IMG/VR virus record: IMGVR_UViG_3300032327_000104
Span: 1-28,038 of that record
Reading direction: 5' to 3' (one strand)
From: a virus
Lineage: Duplodnaviria; Caudoviricetes
Length of the DNA: 28,038 nucleotides
The notes below the pieces were generated by a model that was not told the DNA's origin, searched no databases, and worked only from the letters and a program-made list of their open reading frames with translations. Positions 15,805 to 24,828 of this stretch are shown in pieces. The position numbers and the translations under genes are program-made. Each line of letters begins with the position of its first letter. Position 1 is the stretch's first letter.

Positions 15805-18598
15805 CAGTCATAAATCCTGAACAGTCCAACACCAAAACATCGGTTGGCGGCATGTTGATGTGGGTGCCTTTACCGAGCCGAACCTTGGCCTTGACCGCCT
15901 TGGTGCCCCCTGTCTTCAGCCCATCAACGAACCCAGCGTAGTTGATCTGTTGCTTGCCGCACCACGCCTTGAGGGGCTTGATCAGTAGGTACAGCTTCTT
16001 CACGTCATACTCGTACCGTGCAACGAACTGGCCACGGGGTGAACTGTCAGGCACCACAATCTTGTCGAGCACGCCAGCAGAGTTCCGCGCATCTTCTGTC
16101 GATGTAATGCGGAGCATGTTGTTGTAGTTCTCAGCGATGTAGTCAGTCAGTTGGGCTTCAACGTCCACGCTCATCTCACCCACCATAACTCGTGCGTCCG
16201 CCATCACTTTGACAATCCACTGCACAATCGGTGCAATCTGCCAGTTGATCAGGCCAGCTTTCTTGGCCAGCATCAGACCTGCAATAGTGCGTGAAGCCAA
16301 GGCAGACCAGTAGCGGTTCTCAGCGGACAGGCTCGATGCCGAGTCCAACTTGCGTTGCACTGTCATGGCGAGTTCTTTGACCGCATCCAAGTTGTTCAGG
16401 ATGTACTGGATGTAGACCACACCCGCATGTCCAAAGTTGTCCTTGATGGCGGTGCTAAAAACATCGGTCTCTGTCTTGGTGGCAAACTTCACAGGCTCAA
16501 CTCGATACTCCAGCACACGCTGGGCTTCCGCTTGTGGCAGAGCCTTGAACAGCGCGATGCGTTCCAGTATTGACGTGTTACCCGTTGTGCCGAATAGAGT
16601 CTTCCATGGCTTGCCACGTACGCGCTCGACGTTGCCTTTTGCCCCCATGCGGTTGCGTTGCAGACCGCTCGGTAGTTGGTAAGCCCAGTCCGACAAGTCT
16701 TGCGGCTTGGTGTTGGTCATCTCGTCCATGTAACAGACGATGTTCTTGTACACCTCGGCGCGGTTCATCTTCGAGTTGAAGGTGTCGCGCTCCTGCATCA
16801 CCAACAGGTCGGGGTCACCCCAGATAGATGCACCTGCGTACATGGCCGTGGTCTTGCCCAAGCCAGAACCTTTGCTCCATGCGTGAAAAGCGGCGGCGTT
16901 GATCGGCTGAAACTCCATGAGGACAGAACCCAGCGCCAGCCCAAACATAAACTGGTGCAACTCCATGTTCGGCTGGTTGTAAAACTCCATGGTCTGCTTC
17001 CACTTCTCCAACGTACCCTTGGTCTTGAAGATCGGGAACAGCCCCACGGTAGCGGTAGCGGGTGAACTCACCTCAACACGGTCTTTGAAGACTTCCATGT
17101 TGCCAACTACAAACGACTCATGCAAATCGTCTTTCCACCCAAACTGCCGACATGCTTCGTCGGCTTCAGAATTAAACTGTAATTCGTTAACCCATCGCAT
17201 CGTATACTCCATCAGTTCTTGTACGTTCAGGACTGCCACACCCTGTGACGCAAGTTGCTTGCGAAATTCATCTTTCGTGCCCACGGCTGTCAACGGCATC
17301 GTGAACTCCCGCACTCCGTCCTTGGGCAAGTGCAAGCGCATCACCAACGACTCACCCGCCTCGGGGTCTTTGATGCGCCGTATGACGTACAGGTCGTTGA
17401 AATAGACCAGCACATCTTTGTCTTCGCCCTCTGGGTTCTTGCCATGCTTGAACACCCCACCACTCTTGCCCCTAAAGTACGGGTGCGGGTACTTGGGGAT
17501 GACGTACCGAATCGGCGTAGCCGCCGTAACGCCCAGCGGCTTTTCAATGACAATGTTGTCAGCTTCGTCGGCTTCTTCGACCTCCCGCCCGAGGGAGATG
17601 GGAGACTTAATCTTGCCCCAATGCTTGCACTCACGGCAAACCCCGGCGCGGTACTCGTCAAAGCGGGTGCACAGGTACGGGCCTTTGATCAGGTCAGTCT
17701 TGAGTTCAGTGCCCTCGGGGGTGTACTCGGGATGCTTGGCAGAAATCTTGTGAATTGCTTTGCCGCCATCAACACAGAACTTGGCAATCGACAGCCCAGC
17801 CCTCCACAGCGGCTCTGAAATGTTCGGTTGATTGTTGACAACTTCCTTTAGTTGTTCGCACCCGGTTCCCGCCATGGTCTTGATCAAGATGGTCTTGAAC
17901 CGACTCACGAAACTGCCCGACAGGGCTTGCATCATGGCATCTTGTTGGTGCGGCGTGTACTTCTTTGGTGGCACCAAAATTGACGTGTCATCACCCATCA
18001 GATCATGGAACACATCAAACTCAACAGGCGCACCTGCCTCACCCACTACCACCACAGGCGTAGGAGGTTCGGTCTTGTGGTTGTGCGTATTGGGCACCCG
18101 CAACACACGTGCCGCATCCGCTGGTACAGCGGGGTCATTGCGCATACCATGAGTTGTGCACAAGCGTTTGAACTGCTCGGCAACACGCACCCATTCTTCA
18201 CGCGACACAGGCGCGGTCAGCGGCCAGTACACGTGAATGCCACGCCCCGAATTTACAATGGTCGGTCGTGGTAGCTTGAATCCTCTACAAAACGAACGCA
18301 GTGCGGCAAGAGCGTCGCTCTGTGTCGCGTAGTCTTTTGTTGGCCCACAGTCGAGGTCAAGAAAGAATGATCTAAGTTGCTTTACGTTGGGCGCTTTGCG
18401 AGACCCTGCTTGGTCAAAAGTGCCCAACGCAAAATAAGCGTCATACCCTTCAGCATCTAAATTGTGAGCAGCATGGATTGCGGCATCAAGGGTGTCGTAG
18501 AACTTCTGCACCTTGCGTTCGTCAGATGACCGATACGCAAATATGCAGTAGTAGCCTTCATCCCCCAGCACCGACTTCAGAAATACTTTTGTTTCCAT
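15743..18598 (-). CDS. Primase-helicase: N-terminal AEP/RepB-like primase, Cys cluster, DUF927-like region and P-loop helicase
   Basis: FFLDLDCG, VNSGRGIHVYW, DAARVLRVP (AEP motifs). GPYLC..CREC.H Cys cluster. Walker A GSGLGKTT and Walker B CYMDE. Confidence 0.88.
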   Translation of the reverse strand: METKVFLKSVLGDEGYYCIFAYRSSDERKVQKFYDTLDAAIHAAHNLDAEGYDAYFALGTFDQAGSRKAPNVKQLRSFFLDLDCGPTKDYATQSDALAALRSFCRGFKLPRPTIVNSGRGIHVYWPLTAPVSREEWVRVAEQFKRLCTTHGMRNDPAVPADAARVLRVPNTHNHKTEPPTPVVVVGEAGAPVEFDVFHDLMGDDTSILVPPKKYTPHQQDAMMQALSGSFVSRFKTILIKTMAGTGCEQLKEVVNNQPNISEPLWRAGLSIAKFCVDGGKAIHKISAKHPEYTPEGTELKTDLIKGPYLCTRFDEYRAGVCRECKHWGKIKSPISLGREVEEADEADNIVIEKPLGVTAATPIRYVIPKYPHPYFRGKSGGVFKHGKNPEGEDKDVLVYFNDLYVIRRIKDPEAGESLVMRLHLPKDGVREFTMPLTAVGTKDEFRKQLASQGVAVLNVQELMEYTMRWVNELQFNSEADEACRQFGWKDDLHESFVVGNMEVFKDRVEVSSPATATVGLFPIFKTKGTLEKWKQTMEFYNQPNMELHQFMFGLALGSVLMEFQPINAAAFHAWSKGSGLGKTTAMYAGASIWGDPDLLVMQERDTFNSKMNRAEVYKNIVCYMDEMTNTKPQDLSDWAYQLPSGLQRNRMGAKGNVERVRGKPWKTLFGTTGNTSILERIALFKALPQAEAQRVLEYRVEPVKFATKTETDVFSTAIKDNFGHAGVVYIQYILNNLDAVKELAMTVQRKLDSASSLSAENRYWSALASRTIAGLMLAKKAGLINWQIAPIVQWIVKVMADARVMVGEMSVDVEAQLTDYIAENYNNMLRITSTEDARNSAGVLDKIVVPDSSPRGQFVARYEYDVKKLYLLIKPLKAWCGKQQINYAGFVDGLKTGGTKAVKAKVRLGKGTHINMPPTDVLVLDCSGFMTDETEQVLATTAALFEKQGQA

Positions 18599-18631
18599 AG
18601 CCGCCGATGGTTAGAGTGAATGAGATGACTG

Positions 18632-18682
18632 AAAAGGCGGGGCGGTGTGCGCTCCCCCGGGAACCCCCAGAGGCACCGCCCC
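18632..18682 (-). terminator. Long GC-rich hairpin between SSB and primase (terminator/attenuator or processing site)
   Basis: - strand: GGGGCGGUG-CCUCUGGG-GGUU-CCCGGGGG-(AGCGCA)-CACCGCCCC followed by GCCUUUUC. Confidence 0.6.
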
Positions 18683-18690
18683 AAAACTAA

Positions 18691-19635
18691 TCAGTCGTCC
18701 CAGTCTCCAACGATGTCGCTCAACTCAGACTTCGGCTCAGCGGTAGGCGCAGACTTCTTGGTCACCTTGATCGGCTCGTCCACTTCTTCAGCTTCAACCT
18801 TCTCAGCTTTCGTTGCGGCCTTCGTTGCAATCTTCTCGTAGGCAGGTGCGTCTTCTTCCTTCATCAGATCGCCCATTGGCAACTTATCCTTCGGCGCGGG
18901 GATCACGCCATCCATCTGCGACACGTTCATGGTGATCGCCTTAATGGTGTCAGGGTGGCTCTGCAACTTCACTGCGGCCTTGAGTTCCTCTTCTTCCAAT
19001 GCACGAACAGGGCTGAACACCAGCTTGGGGGTGGCGCTGTCGATGTCGAAACGCATCTCGGTCACGATAGAAATCGCGGGGGTGTTGTACGCCTTGAGGT
19101 GGCGACCGTAGGCTTGCAGCGGCATCTTCTTACCTTCTGCGTCACCGAACACAGATGTCGATGGCAGTGTGACTTGATACACGGACTCGTTGTGCAAGTC
19201 GCCGTCGAGCGCTACAGCGATGCGTTGCTGGAATCGGCAAGCGCGTGTATCGCCTTGACCAGAACCCTTGATGTGTTGCTTGCAGTCCTTGCAAAACTTG
19301 GCTTGGCGTTGGTCTTCAGGCACGGCCTTGTCGGGGCTTTGTGTGTCGCTTGACCAGCACGTAGGCTTGGTCTTCTGACCCTTGACGTAGGTGCCTTCAA
19401 AGAACATGCGGGACACAGGTGCGGCGTTGATCAGGATGATCTTCATGGAGCGTTCTTCGCTCACACGCACTTCTTTGCCGCCGACGAACTCGCGGAACGC
19501 ACCGCCTTCAATGCTGATGCGCTTGTTGCCGCTGCCACCACCTGCGAGGGTGCTTGTCAGGTTGTCTTCGATACCACGCAGCAGGGCGACGGTGGCGGTG
19601 TTGGGTTTGCCAAACAGGGTCATTTCGTTACTCAT
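18691..19635 (-). CDS. Putative single-stranded DNA-binding/annealing protein (314 aa) with Cys motif and acidic C-terminus
   Basis: Start reassigned to ATG 19635 after GGAGAACGAAG. C-terminus SDIVGDWDD. CWSSD...CKDC...ACR. Sits between helicase and primase genes. Confidence 0.7.
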   Translation of the reverse strand: MSNEMTLFGKPNTATVALLRGIEDNLTSTLAGGGSGNKRISIEGGAFREFVGGKEVRVSEERSMKIILINAAPVSRMFFEGTYVKGQKTKPTCWSSDTQSPDKAVPEDQRQAKFCKDCKQHIKGSGQGDTRACRFQQRIAVALDGDLHNESVYQVTLPSTSVFGDAEGKKMPLQAYGRHLKAYNTPAISIVTEMRFDIDSATPKLVFSPVRALEEEELKAAVKLQSHPDTIKAITMNVSQMDGVIPAPKDKLPMGDLMKEEDAPAYEKIATKAATKAEKVEAEEVDEPIKVTKKSAPTAEPKSELSDIVGDWDD

Positions 19636-19648
19636 CTTCGTTCTCCAG

Positions 19649-19930
19649 TTACATGTCTTCGTTAAGGTCGTCAAAAGCCAGTTCGAGTTGAACCGGCGCA
19701 GGGGCTGTGGTTGTCACAGATGCTTCAGTTTTTAGTACTTCCGGCTCGTCCTTGGGTGTGTTTGACAGGGCGTCCACCACCTTGGAGACGTTGAAGCGGT
19801 ATGTGTTACCGATCTTCAGATACGTGTCCTTGGGGATATGGCCCTGTCGCACCCATGCGCGAACGGTCGATACCGAAACCGTGAAGTGCTTGGCCAAGTC
19901 TTCGATTGGCACAAAAGGTTCGCTCATCAC
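19649..19930 (-). CDS. Excisionase/MerR-like helix-turn-helix DNA-binding protein (93 aa)
   Basis: IEDLAKHFTVSVSTVRAWVRQGHIP...KIGNTYRF is a typical HTH_17 pattern. Confidence 0.85.
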   Translation of the reverse strand: MMSEPFVPIEDLAKHFTVSVSTVRAWVRQGHIPKDTYLKIGNTYRFNVSKVVDALSNTPKDEPEVLKTEASVTTTAPAPVQLELAFDDLNEDM

Positions 19931-20334
19931 TTTCTCCGTACGGTTATGGTGTATTCGCTGTCCACGTTGAGTCCCGGTGGTAGCAATTCAGGGTTAGCCT
20001 CAAGGAACTCTTTGAGGTTGGTTTGATGTATGCGCTGATGCAGTAAATGCGGCGCGTTGTGCTCGACGATAAACTTGTGCATGGACTCCCAATCGTTTGT
20101 CCAGTAGTCCACCTTGGTAGTGCGATAGAACAAGCCTTCACCTGTCCGCACACTGTCCACGTTCTGGTCTTTACAGAACGCCAATAGCGCAGACTTCACC
20201 TTGCTCATCTGAGTGGACAGCTTCTTTTCTTCGATCTCGTAGGCGACACGCATCTCGTCGTGCTTGGCCTTCATCTTGAGGTAAACCTTAACCAGCGTCT
20301 CGGGGGCGATGGCAGGAATGGGCTCTTCTGACAC
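19927..20334 (-). CDS. Conserved phage replication-module protein (135 aa), N-terminal coiled coil
   Basis: GTG start after GGAGAACGAA. SVRT..G...DW.....FI......LL..RI....PPGL pattern. Has its own promoter. Confidence 0.75.
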   Translation of the reverse strand: MSEEPIPAIAPETLVKVYLKMKAKHDEMRVAYEIEEKKLSTQMSKVKSALLAFCKDQNVDSVRTGEGLFYRTTKVDYWTNDWESMHKFIVEHNAPHLLHQRIHQTNLKEFLEANPELLPPGLNVDSEYTITVRRK

Positions 20335-20366
20335 TTCGTTCTCCAGTTGTAGTTGTGAGGCTTTCT

Positions 20367-20395
20367 ATTGTAGTGATGTTTCCCGCCTTATTCAA
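20367..20395 (-). promoter_or_regulatory. sigma70-type promoter TTGAAT-N17-TACAAT
   Basis: Near-consensus hexamers with 17-bp spacing in the intergenic gap upstream of the 20334 gene. Confidence 0.75.
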
Positions 20396-21929
20396 GTATT
20401 TCTTTGTAAAGATCAACTATTTTTGAGTGAACGTCAATTTTATTGTCTAGTAAGTTGTAAACGTGTCTTTCTACACCTGACCCCACCAGTTGTACCACTG
20501 TAGAGGGGTGGCGTTGGCCCGAGCGGTGGACACGAGCGTTGGCTTGGGCGTAGGTCTCAAGGCTGGATGTCGGCCCCCACCACACCACGGTATTGGCCGC
20601 TGTGAGGGTCACGCCGTGGGCGGCTGACTGAGGCTGGATGACCAGCACCTTGGTGCCGTTGGGTTCGGTTTGGAAACGGTTGAAGATGTCGGTGCGTTTG
20701 TGCACGGGCACGTTCCCGCTGATCACCTCGGTCGTGTAGCCGTCGGCATTGAGCTTGTCGGTGAGGATGCTGATCACATGCTTGAACGGCACGAACACGA
20801 GCACCTTCTGACTGGACTCGTCAATCACCTCGGTGAGCACGTTGTAGCGGTTCTTGATGTCAAACTCCAAGGTCTCGCCTGAGTCGGAGTACACCGCACC
20901 ACAAGATATTTGCAGGAGCTTGGACATGTTCACTGCGGCGTTGACCGACGTGATTTCTTCCCCTGCGGCTTGGATGACCATGCGGCTCTTGAGCATGCCG
21001 TAGTAGCGTTCCTGTTGCTTGGTCAATTCGACACGGCGCTTGACGTACGTCATCTCGGGCAAGTCGAGGCATTCTTCCTTGGTGTATCGGATGGCAGGTT
21101 GCAAGCACTCGTACACAGTCTGCGTGGCGTTCTCTTTGGCAAGCCAACGAAAGTTGTTGAGCTTGATCATCACCATGTCGCGGAAAGTGGTGAAGAACTT
21201 GGGAACGCCCTGTGGGTTGACGAGCTTGGCCAAGCCATACGCATCGAGGGGAGACTGAGCGGCGGGGGTGCCTGTCATCATCCAGAGCCACGTGTCGTGC
21301 TTGACCAGTGAGTTGAGCACCTTCCACCGTTTGGTCTGCACGTTCTTGTATGCATTGGCCTCGTCGATCACAATCAAATCGAACCCACCGTTGGCGATGT
21401 CCTCGGCGACAATTTCCACGCCGTCGTAATTGATGATCACGAACTCGGCGGTACCGTTGACGACGGCCTTGCGTTTTTCCTTGGCACCGTATGCGATGTC
21501 AACAGAGCGGTGCATGGCGAATTTGAACAGGTCTGCTCTCCACGCTGAGTCCATGATGGACAGGGGGCAGATCACCAGCACCCTGCGAATGCGTTTCTGC
21601 TTGAGAAGATAGTCCGCCGCCCAAATGACCGAGCCCGTCTTGCCCGTGCCCTGCTCGTTGAGGCAGAACGCACGGCGGTTCATGGTGAGGAATGCGGCTG
21701 TTGTCTTCTGATGGTCAAACGGTCTGAACTGACCGGGCCAGTCGTAGCGCCCCATGATGGGTGACGGCACGTTTTTTACGCGCAGATTCTTGAGAACTTG
21801 CGCCTCATCTAACCCCCAGTGCACCAACACTTGGTTGTTAGGGAGTTCCCTACTTTTAGGAATGACTGTGGTGACGCGATGCGGGTTACGCAGCGTCAAC
21901 AACAGTGCCTTGTTATCAATGATTTCCAA
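20388..21929 (-). CDS. SNF2-family (SF2) helicase
   Basis: EQGTGKT (Walker A), IIDEA-type Walker B (VIDEA), MTGTP, QANARVHRSGQ. Start reassigned to TTG 21929 (MEIIDNKALL) after GGGGAACGAA. Confidence 0.9.
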   Translation of the reverse strand: MEIIDNKALLLTLRNPHRVTTVIPKSRELPNNQVLVHWGLDEAQVLKNLRVKNVPSPIMGRYDWPGQFRPFDHQKTTAAFLTMNRRAFCLNEQGTGKTGSVIWAADYLLKQKRIRRVLVICPLSIMDSAWRADLFKFAMHRSVDIAYGAKEKRKAVVNGTAEFVIINYDGVEIVAEDIANGGFDLIVIDEANAYKNVQTKRWKVLNSLVKHDTWLWMMTGTPAAQSPLDAYGLAKLVNPQGVPKFFTTFRDMVMIKLNNFRWLAKENATQTVYECLQPAIRYTKEECLDLPEMTYVKRRVELTKQQERYYGMLKSRMVIQAAGEEITSVNAAVNMSKLLQISCGAVYSDSGETLEFDIKNRYNVLTEVIDESSQKVLVFVPFKHVISILTDKLNADGYTTEVISGNVPVHKRTDIFNRFQTEPNGTKVLVIQPQSAAHGVTLTAANTVVWWGPTSSLETYAQANARVHRSGQRHPSTVVQLVGSGVERHVYNLLDNKIDVHSKIVDLYKEILE

Positions 21930-22002
21930 TTCGTTCCCCAGCGCAAACGGCGTAGCGGAGCGAAGTGGGTGTCCCACTCGCCCTCGTCACCGTCGAAGTT
22001 CT

Positions 22003-22031
22003 AATCTAACCGAGCACGCAATGCGCGTCAA
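22003..22031 (-). promoter_or_regulatory. sigma70-type promoter TTGACG-N17-TAGATT upstream of the helicase
   Basis: Near-consensus -35 and -10 with 17-bp spacing, followed by a structured leader. Confidence 0.65.
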
Positions 22032-22324
22032 GCGGGTTTCTTCCCGCCTTTTTCTTTTGGGCTGTGGCCGTTACGGGCACGGTTCTTGGAAGGGGCAACG
22101 ATGCGCAGACCGTCCTTGTTTGACCCACCTTTGGATAACATTTTTACGTGGTCGATGTCCTTGCCTTCACGCTTGTCGGCCTTGCCGTTGCCGTTCTCAT
22201 CGGGGGAACTGGCATCAACTTTTCGCCTAGCGCGTTGGCGTTCCATACGGTCGGGGTGTTCGCCCCGTTCCTTCTGCTTTTGGTACTCGGCTTTGTACGG
22301 GCGTGGGGACTTGGTATACGGCAT
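22028..22324 (-). CDS. Small HNH endonuclease-like protein (98 aa)
   Basis: GKDIDHVKMLSKGGSN...LRIVAPSKNRARN is the HNH pattern. Confidence 0.8.
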   Translation of the reverse strand: MPYTKSPRPYKAEYQKQKERGEHPDRMERQRARRKVDASSPDENGNGKADKREGKDIDHVKMLSKGGSNKDGLRIVAPSKNRARNGHSPKEKGGKKPA

Positions 22325-23002
22325 TTAATCATTCCTTCCGTTGTGCGGGCATGATAAAACAACGCAGTGCCGTTTGCAAAGGCCAGAGGGGCGGGGGTTC
22401 CACACGTTTGTCTCGTACGCTCTTTTCATGCGGCCATGGTCGCGTAGCCACTTCTCCCACAGCTTGGGTTCGTCGGTCTTGTCGTAACTTACCTTGGGGA
22501 ACTGCTTGGCGATGACAAACAGTAATCCCGCCTTGACACGCTTGACCTCGGGGAAGTGCTTGAACACGGCAAGTGCCATCAACTCAAGCTGCCCGGTGTC
22601 GGCGTACTTGGCGCTCTTACTTGTCTTGTAGTCCACCACCCGTGCAGTGCCATCATCCTCAAGGATGATCAGGTCAGCAATGCCACGCCACCATACGTTC
22701 GGGTCTTTGAATTCACACGGCTCCAAGTCGGCGGTCAGCCCCATCTCGTACTCGCACAGCTTCTGGCCAGCGCGGTGCTTGAGGTTGTCCAGTGAACTCT
22801 TAGCGTACGCAAACTGCGGGGGTAGAGGCGTGTCGTCGCGTATGTAGAACTCAGCCGCCTCGTGAAAGGCGGTGCCGTAAGTCAGGTGCTCAGCACCTTG
22901 ATCTTCCTGAAAGTCCTTGGCGACCTTCAAGTGGTAGAACTTCTTTGGGCAATTCTCGAACGTCTTGATGGACGAGAACGACCATGCGGGAATTTGTATC
23001 AT
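22325..23002 (-). CDS. PD-(D/E)XK (RecB/Cas4-like) exonuclease with 1+3 Cys cluster
   Basis: WSFSSIKTFENCP, GTAFH, RGIADL, VVDYKT, QLELMA and C-terminal CKRHC....CPH. Confidence 0.85.
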   Translation of the reverse strand: MIQIPAWSFSSIKTFENCPKKFYHLKVAKDFQEDQGAEHLTYGTAFHEAAEFYIRDDTPLPPQFAYAKSSLDNLKHRAGQKLCEYEMGLTADLEPCEFKDPNVWWRGIADLIILEDDGTARVVDYKTSKSAKYADTGQLELMALAVFKHFPEVKRVKAGLLFVIAKQFPKVSYDKTDEPKLWEKWLRDHGRMKRAYETNVWNPRPSGLCKRHCVVLSCPHNGRND

Positions 23003-24828
23003 CAGCAGTCCCCATAAGATTTGCCGCTACCCGACTCACAGTTCACGGGTAGGCCGGTCGCCCACTCAGGCACCCACCGCATGCACTCCTCGACATACTG
23101 TGTAGCGACAACTACCTCGGCGTCCGGTACGCACACAGCAATCGCGTCATGCACAGTCAGCACGACGTTGTACCGCTTACCGATCTTGAGCATCTGCTCA
23201 GCGATGATGCACCGGGCGATGGCTTGGCACACGTTCTCGATCACCTTGCCGCCGTATATACGGGTGCGACCCTTGCGTGTCTTGTAGTGGAACTCAACAC
23301 CCTTGTCGGTCTGATCGAACTTCAGGTCGTCGTAGCGCATCAGAAGACCCGAAGGCAAACGAATGGCCGTCTCACTCGGCACCACTTCAAGCACACCCGG
23401 ACGCCCAAGCGATGCGGGTTCGCCCCTTGACATGCTCACCAGCGAGTTCTGAGCCTGTCGCCACAGCCTGACCACAGCGTCGTTGGTGCGTCTATAGATG
23501 TCAATGATGCGCTTGGCTTCATCCAAGTCCACGGTTGCGCCCATGTTCTTGAGTTGCGTTTGAAACTTCACTGCACCCATGCCGTACCCCGCGCCGAGAA
23601 TTGTGGTCTTGCCCACGAACCGCTCGTCCTTGGTGATCTCGAACTCAGGCTTGCCATAGATGGCCGAGGCCATCTTCTTGTACACGTCCTTGCCCTCAGC
23701 AAAAGCTGTTACCAAGTCATCCTGCCCCGACAGCCACGCCAGTACACGCGCTTCAATCTGTGCGGAGTCAGCATCGATGATGGTGTGGCCCTCGGGCGCA
23801 ATGATCGCCTTCTTCAGCTTGTTGCCGTTGTTGCCACGGCTTGGTAAGTTCTGCATGTTGATCTTGTCGTCCCCACCAAACCGTCCAGTGTGTGCGGCGT
23901 AATAGCGAATCGGCACGGGCAAGTTGCCGCGCTTGGAGATATCGATGAACCGTTGAGTGCGGGTCTCCTCCAGTGTTGACTTCGTGCCCAACCGTGCGGC
24001 GACAAGCGTCTGCACCCGTACATCATCGTGGTCAGCGAGGGCTTTGAATTCCTCGTCGCTCTTGGCGAACGCATAGGTCTGCTTGCCCGTGGCGGGGCTC
24101 GCCTTCATCGGGGGCTCAACACCGTACGAGCGGAGCAGTTCAGCGAACTTCTCGTTGCTCATGAGTTCGGCCTTGTCCACACCCGAGGATGTCAGCAGGT
24201 CTTCCTTCATCTGCTTGATGCCGATGAGGTGCTGTTGCAACATGTCGCCGTCCAACTCAAGCACAGGGTCGACGAACATGCGCAGGGTCTGATCAATCAC
24301 ACGCAACTCTTGCTTGGGGAAATCCTTAACCAAGATGGTAAAGAGTTTGTACGTGAGTTCCACATCGTTGATGCAATAGTCACCGTACCGTGCGAGTTCC
24401 TCGTCGCTGAAATTCAGTCGTCGTTTGCCAAGGGCGTTAACGACTTCTGTTCCTTTTTCGCCGAGCCCATACCGTTCAGTAAGAGCTTTAAGCGAACCCC
24501 CAACTTCCACGCCGTGAAGGGCACGGCCCATGCACAGAGTGTCAAGCCAACCCCGAGGACTAATATCGAAACGCCAAGACAAGATAGCCCCGTCAAAAAG
24601 GGTGTTGTGTGCCAAGACAAAACTCCGTTCCCATTCAAAATTGCTCTGAAGCCATCGTTTGATTTGTTGATGTGTTCCACTTGCCCACTCCGTTTCTTGG
24701 TTGTTAACTTTTACAGATACGCCAATGACTTCAAAGAGGTCAGAGCGTACGTATTCTTCAGTTGTGATCTTTGACAGCGAGAAGTCGCGGTCGTAGTACG
24801 TTTCAAAATCCACTGTAATCAAATTCAT
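23002..24828 (-). CDS. polA: Family A DNA polymerase with 3'-5' exonuclease (608 aa)
   Basis: Exo motifs DFETY, AHNTLFD, YCINDV. Motif A DSAQIEAR, motif B RFVGKTTILGAGYG, motif C TVHD. ATG 24828 follows GGGGAG and overlaps the upstream stop (TAATG). Confidence 0.93.
   Translation of the reverse strand: MNLITVDFETYYDRDFSLSKITTEEYVRSDLFEVIGVSVKVNNQETEWASGTHQQIKRWLQSNFEWERSFVLAHNTLFDGAILSWRFDISPRGWLDTLCMGRALHGVEVGGSLKALTERYGLGEKGTEVVNALGKRRLNFSDEELARYGDYCINDVELTYKLFTILVKDFPKQELRVIDQTLRMFVDPVLELDGDMLQQHLIGIKQMKEDLLTSSGVDKAELMSNEKFAELLRSYGVEPPMKASPATGKQTYAFAKSDEEFKALADHDDVRVQTLVAARLGTKSTLEETRTQRFIDISKRGNLPVPIRYYAAHTGRFGGDDKINMQNLPSRGNNGNKLKKAIIAPEGHTIIDADSAQIEARVLAWLSGQDDLVTAFAEGKDVYKKMASAIYGKPEFEITKDERFVGKTTILGAGYGMGAVKFQTQLKNMGATVDLDEAKRIIDIYRRTNDAVVRLWRQAQNSLVSMSRGEPASLGRPGVLEVVPSETAIRLPSGLLMRYDDLKFDQTDKGVEFHYKTRKGRTRIYGGKVIENVCQAIARCIIAEQMLKIGKRYNVVLTVHDAIAVCVPDAEVVVATQYVEECMRWVPEWATGLPVNCESGSGKSYGDC

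Noticed and set aside
19649-19930. Excisionase implying an integration module
   Set aside because: No integrase or att site is visible; Xis-like HTH proteins are common regulators in replication operons.
22028-22324. HNH as an intron-encoded homing endonuclease
   Set aside because: The flanking genes are intact and uninterrupted, and no intron or intein features are seen in the polymerase, helicase or primase.
22325-23002. Cas4-like nuclease as evidence of CRISPR-Cas
   Set aside because: No repeat-spacer array or other cas genes; stand-alone Cas4-like nucleases are normal in phage replication modules.
24028-24774. 248-aa + strand ORF opposite the polymerase, and similar antisense ORFs such as 8104-8790, 14308-14958 and 17255-17818
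   Set aside because: Antisense shadows of well-supported genes with no protein-like signatures.
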